From Planctomycetota bacterium (GTDB taxonomy: Bacteria; Planctomycetota; PLA2; JAEUHO01): 64,000 bases of DNA. The notes below the pieces were generated by a model that saw only the letters and a list, made by a program, of their open reading frames with translations, made no database searches and had not been told where the DNA came from. The translations under genes were made by a program, and so were the position numbers. Of this stretch, positions 47,772 through 56,365 are shown one piece after another (the first letter of the stretch is position 1; each line of letters starts with the position of its first letter). The stretch covers positions 32,001 to 96,000 of the forward strand of contig CBDCWP010000024.1 of NCBI GenBank assembly GCA_965223505.1. The letters run 5' to 3'.

Positions 47772-48917
47772 ATGTCTCTCTTTCGTTTCTTCGCGTGCGT
47801 CGTGTCGTTGGCCGGTACGGCGCTCCTCTTCGGGTGTGGTCAAGAGGACGCCGCCCTCGCGGGCGTGTCGCTCGACGCGCACCGAACGCTGGGTGAACCG
47901 CTCACCGTCGGCAATCTCACCGTCTGGCCGGTTCACACGGACCAACCACTGGACATCGGCTCGTTCCAAACGTTGGCAGAAGCCCAGGAGAAAGGCGTCG
48001 CGGTCGTGCGCGAGGTCGGGGGCGACCCGCAGTCGGTCAACGTGCGAAGCGGCGACGACGACATCGCGCTCGAAGAGCACCGAGGCCAGGGCGGCAACGA
48101 TGCCGGCCAGGTCCTCATCGAATCCGACGGCGCCGTCGTGAACACGCTGGTCATCGAGAACAAGGGCGACCGACCGATCCTCGTGTGCGCCGGGACGATC
48201 GTGGACGGCGGCAAGCAAGACCGGCAGATCGGGCAGGACTTCGTCATCGAGGCGGGCACGACGGTCGACGTCGACGCGTTCTGCGTCGAGCAAGGACGCT
48301 GGTCGACCGAAGAATCGACGATCAACGCGGGCGAGTTCGTCACCTTCGGCGCGATCGCCCCGAAGGGCGTGCGGGTAGGCGGGCAGTATCTGAAGGACCA
48401 GGACGAGGTCTGGGCCAAGGTCTCCGTGAACCTCCAACGGTGCAGTGTCGATCCGAAAACGGGAACCCTGCTCGCCAACGTCCAGAAGGCGGACGTCGAG
48501 GTCACGAGGCGGCGCGCGGACGTGGAGCGAGAGATCGAGGCCCACTTTGCGAAGCTCGCACGCGGCAAGAACCCGCCGGTGGGCTTCGCCTACGCCGTCA
48601 ACGGCAAGCCGGTCACCGTCCGGGCGTTCGCCCACAGCCGCATCCTCGAAGGACAGCTACCGGCGTTTCAGAAGGCGATGGTCTTGGAGGCCGACGTCGC
48701 CCGTGCGGAGGCGGCCGAGGGATTCGAGCCGGCTACCGCAGCGTCCGTCGTCGCCCTGGTCAGGCAGTTGAATGCCGCGAAGGAGGAGCTGGTCGCAACC
48801 GGGGCCGCGAACGACAACGGCTATCGGAAGGGTGCGGTCGGATACAACGCGCGCTGCTACCTCAGGCAGAGCGGATCGAAGCGCGTCACGGTCAGCGAAG
48901 ACTGGACCGCGAAGTAG
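47772..48917 (+). CDS. Lipoprotein, ARPP-1/DUF6569-like
   Basis: NLTVWPV, TLAEA, VNTLVIEN..DRPIL..G.IV.GGKQDR, FCVEQGRW, QDEVW, VG...AVNG. Confidence 0.7.
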   Translation: MSLFRFFACVVSLAGTALLFGCGQEDAALAGVSLDAHRTLGEPLTVGNLTVWPVHTDQPLDIGSFQTLAEAQEKGVAVVREVGGDPQSVNVRSGDDDIALEEHRGQGGNDAGQVLIESDGAVVNTLVIENKGDRPILVCAGTIVDGGKQDRQIGQDFVIEAGTTVDVDAFCVEQGRWSTEESTINAGEFVTFGAIAPKGVRVGGQYLKDQDEVWAKVSVNLQRCSVDPKTGTLLANVQKADVEVTRRRADVEREIEAHFAKLARGKNPPVGFAYAVNGKPVTVRAFAHSRILEGQLPAFQKAMVLEADVARAEAAEGFEPATAASVVALVRQLNAAKEELVATGAANDNGYRKGAVGYNARCYLRQSGSKRVTVSEDWTAK

Positions 48918-49607
48918 CTACGTCTTGACGCCCGCGAGAATCTCGTCGAGGTAGGTCACGAACGGTGTCATCGCCCGAAACCGCTTCGTCATCTCCTTGA
49001 AGAGCTCGGGTGTGGTTGCGACGGCCGGCTTCAGGGTCGTGTGAAAGAAAAGCTGCTTGTAGCGCAGCAGGTCCCCTGCCGGGTGCTCGGCGTCGTAGCC
49101 GCGCGGCACGCGCTTGAGCTGCTCGCCCTGCATCTCCCCCATCGCGTTGCGCACGCCGCGCGCCCCGATCAGCTTGCGGAACGCCTTGTGGTCCTCGGCG
49201 AGGTGCTCGCGGAGGGCCTTCAGCTGATCCGGCCCCGCCATGTGGACGCCGCCGAGGACGTCCACCTGCTTCGGACTCACCGAGAAGTAGAATCCCGCAC
49301 ACTCGTTCTTCGGACGGCCGAGGCACGGGAACACCGCGGCAACGTGAGTCTTGTACGGCGTCTTGTCCTTGCTGAACCGTGTGTCACGGTGCTGGCGGAA
49401 GATCGCCTTCTTCGGATCGGCGGCGTAGTCCGGCGCGAACGTGTCGAGCTTGGCGTTCAGCGCTTCCACGAGCGCCGCGGTGGGCGCCTTGACGGAGTTG
49501 TCGTAGGTGGACTTGTTCTTCTTGAACCAGTCACGCGTGTTGTTCTTCGCCAACTGACGCAGGAAGGTCATGCCCTCCTTGGGGTATCCGGAAAACGAGG
49601 CTGCCAT
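48918..49607 (-). CDS. DUF2461 (TIGR02453) protein
   Basis: FLRQLAKNNTRDWF, IFRQHRDTRFSKDKTPYK, LKRVPRGY..EHP. Confidence 0.92.
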   Translation of the reverse strand: MAASFSGYPKEGMTFLRQLAKNNTRDWFKKNKSTYDNSVKAPTAALVEALNAKLDTFAPDYAADPKKAIFRQHRDTRFSKDKTPYKTHVAAVFPCLGRPKNECAGFYFSVSPKQVDVLGGVHMAGPDQLKALREHLAEDHKAFRKLIGARGVRNAMGEMQGEQLKRVPRGYDAEHPAGDLLRYKQLFFHTTLKPAVATTPELFKEMTKRFRAMTPFVTYLDEILAGVKT

Positions 49608-49702
49608 ACGCCCTCCATTGGTTCGAGCGGAACATGATCGCGCAACTGCCGGCGCGGGTTACATCCGATTTCCTGAAATCCGGACCCAAGGTCTCGAAAC
49701 GG

Positions 49703-49993
49703 CTAGCTCGCGAGCTCGTCGATCTTGCGGGCGAGGTCGAAATCGCGCTCGCTGATGCCGCTCGCCTCGTGCGTGGTCAGGTCGATGCGAACCGTGCGGT
49801 AGACGTTGAACCACTCCGGGTGATGGTCTGCGCTCTCCGCGACGATCGCCACCTTCGTCATGAAGCCGAACGCTTCGATGAAGTTCGCGAATTGATACTC
49901 GCGATGCAGCTTCCCTTCCTGCAACGACCAGCCGTCGAGACCGCCCAGCCGGGACTCGACTTCCGCGTCATCGAGCTTCTCGATGTTGCCCAT
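49703..49993 (-). CDS. phhB: Pterin-4-alpha-carbinolamine dehydratase
   Basis: F.NFIEAFGFM, DHHPEWFNVY, LTTHE..GIS..DF.LA..ID. Confidence 0.93.
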   Translation of the reverse strand: MGNIEKLDDAEVESRLGGLDGWSLQEGKLHREYQFANFIEAFGFMTKVAIVAESADHHPEWFNVYRTVRIDLTTHEASGISERDFDLARKIDELAS

Positions 49994-50181
49994 GTGCGCT
50001 TCTCCCGAAGTTTCGACCGATTCACACAGCGTAGAAGAAGCACTCGAGAAGCGCCACCGTGCACGCACTTGACGTGAGCAACGACCAAGCTACGTGAAGA
50101 AGAACAAGGGCAAGCTCGCGGACGCGTTCGTCGACGAACAACGTCGCGAGGACCGCAGCAGGACGAGTTGTCAGACGCAGC

Positions 50182-50637
50182 CTAGTCGGTTCGTTGCGCG
50201 ATACGTCCCTGCAGGTGCGCCAGCAGTCCGGCGGTGTCGTCGGTTCCGATGCGCGCCCGCTTGCCGCCGTCGAGCTCGAGCTCCACGCAGTCGAAGCCGC
50301 ACAGGTTGTAGGTCCAGCCGCGCCCGGGTACCCAATGGATACCCCAGCCGTCGATGAGCTTGCTTCGGCTCACCCGCACACTTCGAATCAGTTCGTAGGG
50401 AATGCGCTTGCGAAGCAGCGGCAGCGGGCCGAAGCGCAAGGAGAGGTGCGCGCCGTCCTCTCGCACCGTGAGGAAGTGGAAGCTCAGGGCGAGGACGGCC
50501 ACCAACGCGCCCACGCCCCACAAGAGAAAGGCCGGCCAGCCTTCGGACCGAACGGACCAGCCGCCGATGGCGACCAACACCACGACACCGTAGATCACCC
50601 AGTGAAACCAGCCGCGCTGCGTGTGTTCGTAGGCCAC
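50182..50637 (-). CDS. Small membrane protein
   Basis: YEHTQRG, two TM helices, GWGI...W.YN..G.D.VE.....RIGTDD. Confidence 0.7.
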   Translation of the reverse strand: MAYEHTQRGWFHWVIYGVVVLVAIGGWSVRSEGWPAFLLWGVGALVAVLALSFHFLTVREDGAHLSLRFGPLPLLRKRIPYELIRSVRVSRSKLIDGWGIHWVPGRGWTYNLCGFDCVELELDGGKRARIGTDDTAGLLAHLQGRIAQRTD

Positions 50638-50639
50638 GG

Positions 50640-50990
50640 CTACGTCGCCGGCGGCGTGGTCGCGCTCGAACGCTGCGCCGCGATCTCGGCGGAGAGCGCC
50701 GCGGCGGCGGCGCCGCTCGACTGCGCGGTAGCCAGCAGGACGTGACGGTGACCCATGCCGGGCATCCCGTTGGACCAGATGATCTGGCCGGTGTCGGGGT
50801 CGAGCGCGTACACCCATCCGCCTGCGCCGCAGAGCAGCTGCCCGTTCTCGACGATGATCGAGACGACGCCGTAACCGGTGCTGGGCAGCGACACCTCCCA
50901 GACCGTGTCGCCGGTCTCCTGATCGAGCGCCAGGACGTGCCCGTTGGTCCCGGCGAACACGTAATCCACCCACTTCGGTCGCGCTGTCAT
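50640..50990 (-). CDS. Short PQQ-like beta-propeller repeat protein
   Basis: GHVLALDQETGDTVW and GWVYALDPDTGQIIW repeats; GGAGG SD. Confidence 0.8.
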   Translation of the reverse strand: MTARPKWVDYVFAGTNGHVLALDQETGDTVWEVSLPSTGYGVVSIIVENGQLLCGAGGWVYALDPDTGQIIWSNGMPGMGHRHVLLATAQSSGAAAAALSAEIAAQRSSATTPPAT

Positions 50991-51343
50991 GCCGTCCTCC
51001 GCCGTTCCTGCCCTGCGGCCGGGGAGCCGGGGACAAGGTACCAACGTCGCCAAGGGGGTTCCGAGACCCGGAACGGGCGGCGAACGAAGCGGATCGATCG
51101 CCCGGAAGACCCTTGAAATGGGCGTTTGCCGGGGGCCGGAATGATTGACGGGTTGCCGAGCGAGCCACCTACCCTATCCCGCGACGGGGCCTTCGCTCGT
51201 CAACCGCAAGCCTGGGGAAGTCCTTCATTGGTCCTCGAGTCCGCGGTCGCGTAGGCGGCTTTGTCAGTAACAGACGTATTTCGAAAGACTGGGTGGATCG
51301 ACGCGCGAGCGTCGTGAAGCGGCAGAAGAGGACCCAAAAGGGT

Positions 51344-51643
51344 ATGGCTGAGAACAAGCTTTACGTAGGCAACATGTCCTACAACAGCACCGAGCAGGAT
51401 CTGGAAGAGGCCTTCGGCGCCTTCGGTACCGTGCAGCGTGTCGACATCATCATGGACCGCGAGACGGGTCGCCCGCGCGGCTTCGCGTTCGTCGAGATGA
51501 GCAGCGACGCCGAGGCGAAGGCCGCGATCGAAGGCCTCGACGGTCAGGACGTCGGCGGACGTCAGCTCAAGGTCAACATCGCTCGCCCCCGCGAGAACCG
51601 TGGCGGCGGCGGCCGTGGCGGCTACGGCGGCGGTCGCTGGTAG
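51344..51643 (+). CDS. RRM RNA-binding protein with Gly-rich tail
   Basis: KLYVGNM (RNP2), RGFAFVEM (RNP1), [13 protein letters not shown]. Confidence 0.95.
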   Translation: MAENKLYVGNMSYNSTEQDLEEAFGAFGTVQRVDIIMDRETGRPRGFAFVEMSSDAEAKAAIEGLDGQDVGGRQLKVNIARPRENRGGGGRGGYGGGRW

Positions 51644-51755
51644 CAGCGAATCCGCGTGAGCGGCCCCGCTCGGCGTAGGGCCGCGCCGCAGACCGACAGC
51701 AAGAATCGACCTCGGAGCGCGACTCGACTTCGGGGCAACGGCTCCCGGTGCGTCC

Positions 51756-53312
51756 TCACGGTCCGCCGGTGATGCCCGGCCACGCGTCCGTGCGAAACGG
51801 CGACGCCGGCAGGCCCTCTGCGTTCACCAGATTGCAGACGGGGTTGTCGGCCCACGCGTAGCGCACGGCGACGGGCTTCTCCACCTTCGACGACGAGACC
51901 ACGATCTCGTCGCCGTCGATCTCGGCGTGCGCCCACACGAAGCGCCGGTCCTTGCCCGCGATCGCGAAGCCCTTCAGGGGCTCCCCGTCGCGTGCCTTCA
52001 GACCGCCGCCGACGTGGTCGAAGCGCAGGCGGATGCGCCGCTTCTGCTTCGGATCGACCTGCAGGGATCGATAGATCGGGCCGGAACAAACGATGTCGCG
52101 CCCGTAGTCCTTGGCAAGCGCCCAGCGCGCCAGCCGCGCGCCCACGTCGTGCTTGTTGGGCGGGTGGATGTTGCCGCCGGATCCGATGTCGATGATGACG
52201 GCCATCCCGGTCTTGGGCACGCCGCGAAGCGTCAGCAGCTGCGCCTCGCGCAGCTCCGCCCATGCGCTGTCGGCCGGCGCCTGGCGGATCGGCTTGAAGT
52301 TGGCGAGCTGCACGAAGTAGAAGGGGAACGCCCTGTTCCAGGCCTTCCGCCAACTGCGGATCATCGCCGGAAACAGCGTCCGGTACTGAAACGCGCGACC
52401 CGCGTTGCTCTCGCCCTGGTACCAGATGGCGCCCCGCATGCCGAACGGTACGAGCGGCGCCACCATGGCGTTGTAGAGACCGGAAGGCGAGTGCGGACTG
52501 CGGGCGGGGTCACCGGCGTTGCGTGGACGACGCGGCGGGCGCCTGCCCTCCTCTTTCGCCCTCTTCGCGGCGTCCTTCCAACGCGCCAGGTCGGCCTCGA
52601 ACTCCTTCTTCGCGCGCTCGGGATCGAACGCGTCGATACGCTTGCGCCATTGTTGGAGCAACGGCGAGAGGGAGCGCTCCTTGCGCAGCACCGACGCCTC
52701 CGCCCAAGCCTCCGCCGGCGTGCCGCCAAACGACGTGTTGATCAGTCCGATCGGCACGTCGAGTGCGTCGTGGAGGTTCTTCCCGAAGTGGAAGGCGACG
52801 GCGGAGAACTGCTTGACGGTTTCCGGCGTGCAGAGCAGCCACGAAGCCTCGAGGCGCTCCTGCGGCTCCCGCATGGCTCTGCGCGGAACCGTGAGCAGGC
52901 GAATCGTCGGCCGATCCGCCGACGCCAGCGTCGACTCGACCTGACCGGAACGCGCGACGGGCCACTGCATGTTGGATTGTCCCGAGCACACCCAGACCTC
53001 GCCGACGAGCACGTCCTTCAGCTCGATCCGGTTGGTTCCTTCGATCACCACGGGGCAGGGACCGATCCGGGACATCGGCTCGAGGGTGACGCGCCAGCGA
53101 CCCTTGGTGTCGGTCCGAGTGCTCGCGCTCGCCGCGCCGACGGTCACTTCGACCTTTTCCCCGGGATCCGCCCACCCCCAGACGGTGATGGGCTGGTCGC
53201 GCTGAATGACCATGCGGTCGCTCCAGACGGCGGCCGGCTCGACGTCCGCCCAGGCGGGCGTGGCTGCGATGTAGGTCAGAACGAAGGCGCAAACGGCCGT
53301 GCGGATCAACAT
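51756..53312 (-). CDS. Sialate O-acetylesterase (SASA, SGNH) family
   Basis: GEVWVCSGQSNM, GGTPAEAW, WYQGESN, IHPPNK, VRYAW, PASPFRTD. Confidence 0.92.
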   Translation of the reverse strand: MLIRTAVCAFVLTYIAATPAWADVEPAAVWSDRMVIQRDQPITVWGWADPGEKVEVTVGAASASTRTDTKGRWRVTLEPMSRIGPCPVVIEGTNRIELKDVLVGEVWVCSGQSNMQWPVARSGQVESTLASADRPTIRLLTVPRRAMREPQERLEASWLLCTPETVKQFSAVAFHFGKNLHDALDVPIGLINTSFGGTPAEAWAEASVLRKERSLSPLLQQWRKRIDAFDPERAKKEFEADLARWKDAAKRAKEEGRRPPRRPRNAGDPARSPHSPSGLYNAMVAPLVPFGMRGAIWYQGESNAGRAFQYRTLFPAMIRSWRKAWNRAFPFYFVQLANFKPIRQAPADSAWAELREAQLLTLRGVPKTGMAVIIDIGSGGNIHPPNKHDVGARLARWALAKDYGRDIVCSGPIYRSLQVDPKQKRRIRLRFDHVGGGLKARDGEPLKGFAIAGKDRRFVWAHAEIDGDEIVVSSSKVEKPVAVRYAWADNPVCNLVNAEGLPASPFRTDAWPGITGGP

Positions 53313-53349
53313 GCCGGCGAAGGTACGGTCGGCATGGTGCGCCGCGCAA

Positions 53350-55050
53350 CTACTTCGGCTGCTTGTACTTCGTCCGAAGCGCCGCTTCGTGCTGTTCGAA
53401 CCAGGCACGCCACGCCTTCTGCAGCTTGAGGCGATCGCTACCCTTCAGCCCCGCGTGAAACGGAAACGACTTCGGGTGCTGGCCCGAGATGCGCAGCAGC
53501 GCCAGGTTCACGGCGTGCCGCACGAGGTCGTCCTTGTCGCCGAGCGCGTCGATCAGCGACGGCATCGCATCGACGGCGCGCAGGTGCTGGAGCGCCACGA
53601 CCGCGCCGACACGCGCATACGGCGCCGTGTGCGTTCGCATGGTGGCGATCAGCGGCCGGACCGAGCGCAAGTCGCCGAGCCGATCGAGCTTGAGCGTCGC
53701 GCGAAACACGTCGTTCGCGTCGTTGCTCCGGAGCTTCTTGATCCAGTACTTCAGCGCCGCTTCGTGATCCAGCTCGTCGCCCGGCTTGGCGACGGGCGCC
53801 CCTTGTCCCGTCTTCGGCTTGCGCTCCTTCGGCGGCTCGGAGGTACTCGGCGTGATGGCCGGGGCGTCCATGCGCGACGTCGCGCGCTTGAGAAACAGCA
53901 AGGCGAAGCAGTTGTCCTCCCAGAACTGCCCGCTGTGGAACATCCCCTTCTTGTCCTGCTTGCTCGTGAGGAAGTCGGCGCCTTCCTTGTACCAATCGTG
54001 GTCACCCAGATTGCGGAAGCGCCCGAGGATGCCCGACCGCTCGAGGCCGTAGAGGTAGTACCAGTGCCACTCCTTGGCGCCGTACGGATTGTGGACGACG
54101 GCGAAGTGATGCTGCAGCCACGCCATGGCGTCGCGGATCCCGCGGCGCGTATCCACGCGCAACTTGCCCGTGAACGCGCGCGATCGCCACATGCGGTTCT
54201 GGCAGATGATCAGGCTGCACAGGCCCGCCGTCGTCATCGACCCGTTGACCCTCGCGCCGTGCCGGTACCGAAATCCGCGCGCGAGCGAACGCTCGATCCA
54301 CTCGAAGCGGTAGCGACCGCGCACCTCGTTGGCGCGGTAGAAGATGGGCGGCCCGGTCGTTTCCTGCTGTGCCAGCAGGAATTCGAGCGCGTCGAGCCAG
54401 ACCTCGTTCTTGACCGTCACGCCGCAGCGCGTGGCCGCGTGCAGTCCCAACAACGCGAACTGCGTGCAGGACAGGTCGTACTCGCCGCCGGACGGGTAGC
54501 GCCAGACGCCGTCGCCGGTCTGCGCCTCCGTGAGGAAGGCGACGCCTCTCTCCATCCACGCCTTGTCGTCCGCGGTGATCTTGCGCGCGCAGTCGTCGCG
54601 GCCGGCGCCGAGGTCGTACTTGTCCGCGTCGTCGTCGAACGGATCGCGCGCGGGAACGTACTTCGCGTCGAGCGCCATCAACAACGCGCCGACCGCGTAG
54701 GTGCGGCGCATCTCGAGCTTGCCCAAATACGCGAACGCCTTCTGAACGGCCTCGTGGTCGGGCTTCACCCCGCACTTGAGCAACGTGAGCGTGGCGAGCG
54801 CGGTAGGGCCCATCGGATAACCGCGGTGGTAGTTCATGAACGACCAGCTGCCGTCCGGACGCTGGGCGCTCAGCAACCACGCCGTGCCCCTGCGCAGCGC
54901 GTCATTGACCTTGACACGAAAGTCGAGCGGATAGCGCTCGTTGAGCACCTTGACGAAGTCGCTCTCTTCGTCGGCCGAAGCCGGCGCGAGCACGCCGCTG
55001 CATGGAAGCGTGAGCAACGCAAGCGACACCGTGAGCGCGACCCGTCCCAT
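53350..55050 (-). CDS. Secreted prenyltransferase-like alpha/alpha-barrel + HEAT-repeat protein
   Basis: WLLSAQRPDGSW, DLSCTQFALLGL, SMTTAG, YYLYGLER, HDWY.EGA, FALLFL. Confidence 0.8.
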   Translation of the reverse strand: MGRVALTVSLALLTLPCSGVLAPASADEESDFVKVLNERYPLDFRVKVNDALRRGTAWLLSAQRPDGSWSFMNYHRGYPMGPTALATLTLLKCGVKPDHEAVQKAFAYLGKLEMRRTYAVGALLMALDAKYVPARDPFDDDADKYDLGAGRDDCARKITADDKAWMERGVAFLTEAQTGDGVWRYPSGGEYDLSCTQFALLGLHAATRCGVTVKNEVWLDALEFLLAQQETTGPPIFYRANEVRGRYRFEWIERSLARGFRYRHGARVNGSMTTAGLCSLIICQNRMWRSRAFTGKLRVDTRRGIRDAMAWLQHHFAVVHNPYGAKEWHWYYLYGLERSGILGRFRNLGDHDWYKEGADFLTSKQDKKGMFHSGQFWEDNCFALLFLKRATSRMDAPAITPSTSEPPKERKPKTGQGAPVAKPGDELDHEAALKYWIKKLRSNDANDVFRATLKLDRLGDLRSVRPLIATMRTHTAPYARVGAVVALQHLRAVDAMPSLIDALGDKDDLVRHAVNLALLRISGQHPKSFPFHAGLKGSDRLKLQKAWRAWFEQHEAALRTKYKQPK

Positions 55051-55087
55051 GACGGAGGAGTATACGCATCACGTACAGGTCGGGCGG

Positions 55088-55681
55088 CTACATCGAGTAG
55101 CCGAGGTCCCCCTGCGTCGCCAGCCGCTCTTCGTAGAAGCCCTTCGGCACGTCGGGGACGCCCGCGCCGTCGACCCAACGGTTGAAGTAGTTGAAGATCG
55201 AGCAGACCGTGGCGGCGTCGTAGACCGCGGACTCCGACCAGCCCGCGTCCTTGCACGCGTCGACGTCGGACTGGCGCACGGATGCCGGCGCGTCGTTGAG
55301 CTTCGCGACGTAGCGAAACAGCGTCTTTTCCTTCTCGGAGATCGGCGCGGACTCGAAGTCCGCGCAAACGGCGTCGACTGTGGGCCTGTCTTCGAGCAGA
55401 TGGGCCGCGACCGCGGCGTGCGCCGACGTTCAGAACTTGCAGTGGTTGCGCGCCGAGACCATCGCCGCGATGAGCTCGCGTTGACCGGGTGTGAGGTCGG
55501 ACGGACCGCGCATCACACACTGCATGAACTCCGCGAGGTGCCTGGCTGCGTCCGCGCGCTGCGCGAACAGGTAGTACAGACCGGGCGGCTGCTTCCCCTT
55601 CTTGCGCAGCGCAGTGATCGTGCGGCCGTAGCGGCCCGCGTCCTCGGGCGGCTCCGCCTGCTGGATCTCCTTGAAGTACAT
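55088..55681 (-). CDS. Probable selenoprotein: AhpD-like / peroxidase-related CMD protein with CxxU (UGA at 55430-55432)
   Basis: In frame: RELIAAMVSARNHCKF-UGA-TSAHAAVA...KLNDAP..V...D......GWS..AVYDA..VCSIFNYFNRWVDG. Confidence 0.88.
55404..55429 (-). promoter_or_regulatory. Putative bacterial SECIS element
   Basis: GCCGC-GGUC-GCGGC hairpin; loop at +18..+21 after the UGA. Confidence 0.65.
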
Positions 55682-55701
55682 GGACCGGATCCTCCTTCGC
55701 G

Positions 55702-56310
55702 TCACTCGATCTCGAGCACGCGCCAGCAATACCACGCGAACACGCTGCGCCACGGCCGATACGACTCGCCGAACGCGCGCGTCTCGTCCACGTCCGGCAC
55801 CTCGTCGTAGCCGCCGAAGACGCCGACGCCCTTGCGCACGCCCAGGTCGCCGGCCGGCCACACGTCGAGGCGGCCCAGCGAGAACATCAGGTGCATGTGC
55901 GCGCTCCACTCGCCGATGCCGCGCACCTGGGTGAGCGTGTCGACGACCTCGTCGTCGGACAGACGCCACAGCGAGCCCGGCTTCACCCTGCCGTCGGCGA
56001 CGTGCCGGGCCAGGTCCCGGATCGCGGCCACCTTGTTGTTCGACAGGCCGGCTGCCCGCAAGGTCGTGGCGCGCTTGCGCAACACGGCACGAGGGTCGGG
56101 CTTGCGTCCCGGAAACAGGTCCAGGAAGCGCCCCCAAATCGTCGCCGCCGCCTTCCCGGACAGCTGCTGGTACGCGATCGACCGCGCGATGGTCGTGAAG
56201 GTGGACGGGTGGATGCCCAGGCGCGGGGGGCCGGCGATGTCGACGAGGCGCGCGAGGCGCGGGTCGCGTTCGCTCAGCTCATCGCAGGCTTGTCGTAGGG
56301 GCGCAGTCAC
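55702..56310 (-). CDS. alkA: DNA-3-methyladenine glycosylase II (HhH-GPD); start approximate
   Basis: SIAYQQLSGKAA, GLSNNK, LTQVRGIGEWSA, DVWPAGDLGVR, YRPWRS. Confidence 0.9.
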   Translation of the reverse strand: MTAPLRQACDELSERDPRLARLVDIAGPPRLGIHPSTFTTIARSIAYQQLSGKAAATIWGRFLDLFPGRKPDPRAVLRKRATTLRAAGLSNNKVAAIRDLARHVADGRVKPGSLWRLSDDEVVDTLTQVRGIGEWSAHMHLMFSLGRLDVWPAGDLGVRKGVGVFGGYDEVPDVDETRAFGESYRPWRSVFAWYCWRVLEIE

Positions 56311-56365
56311 GGAATCGGGGACGAAGGGTAGCAGCGCCCCACGCGCTCGGGCAGACTCGCTACCC

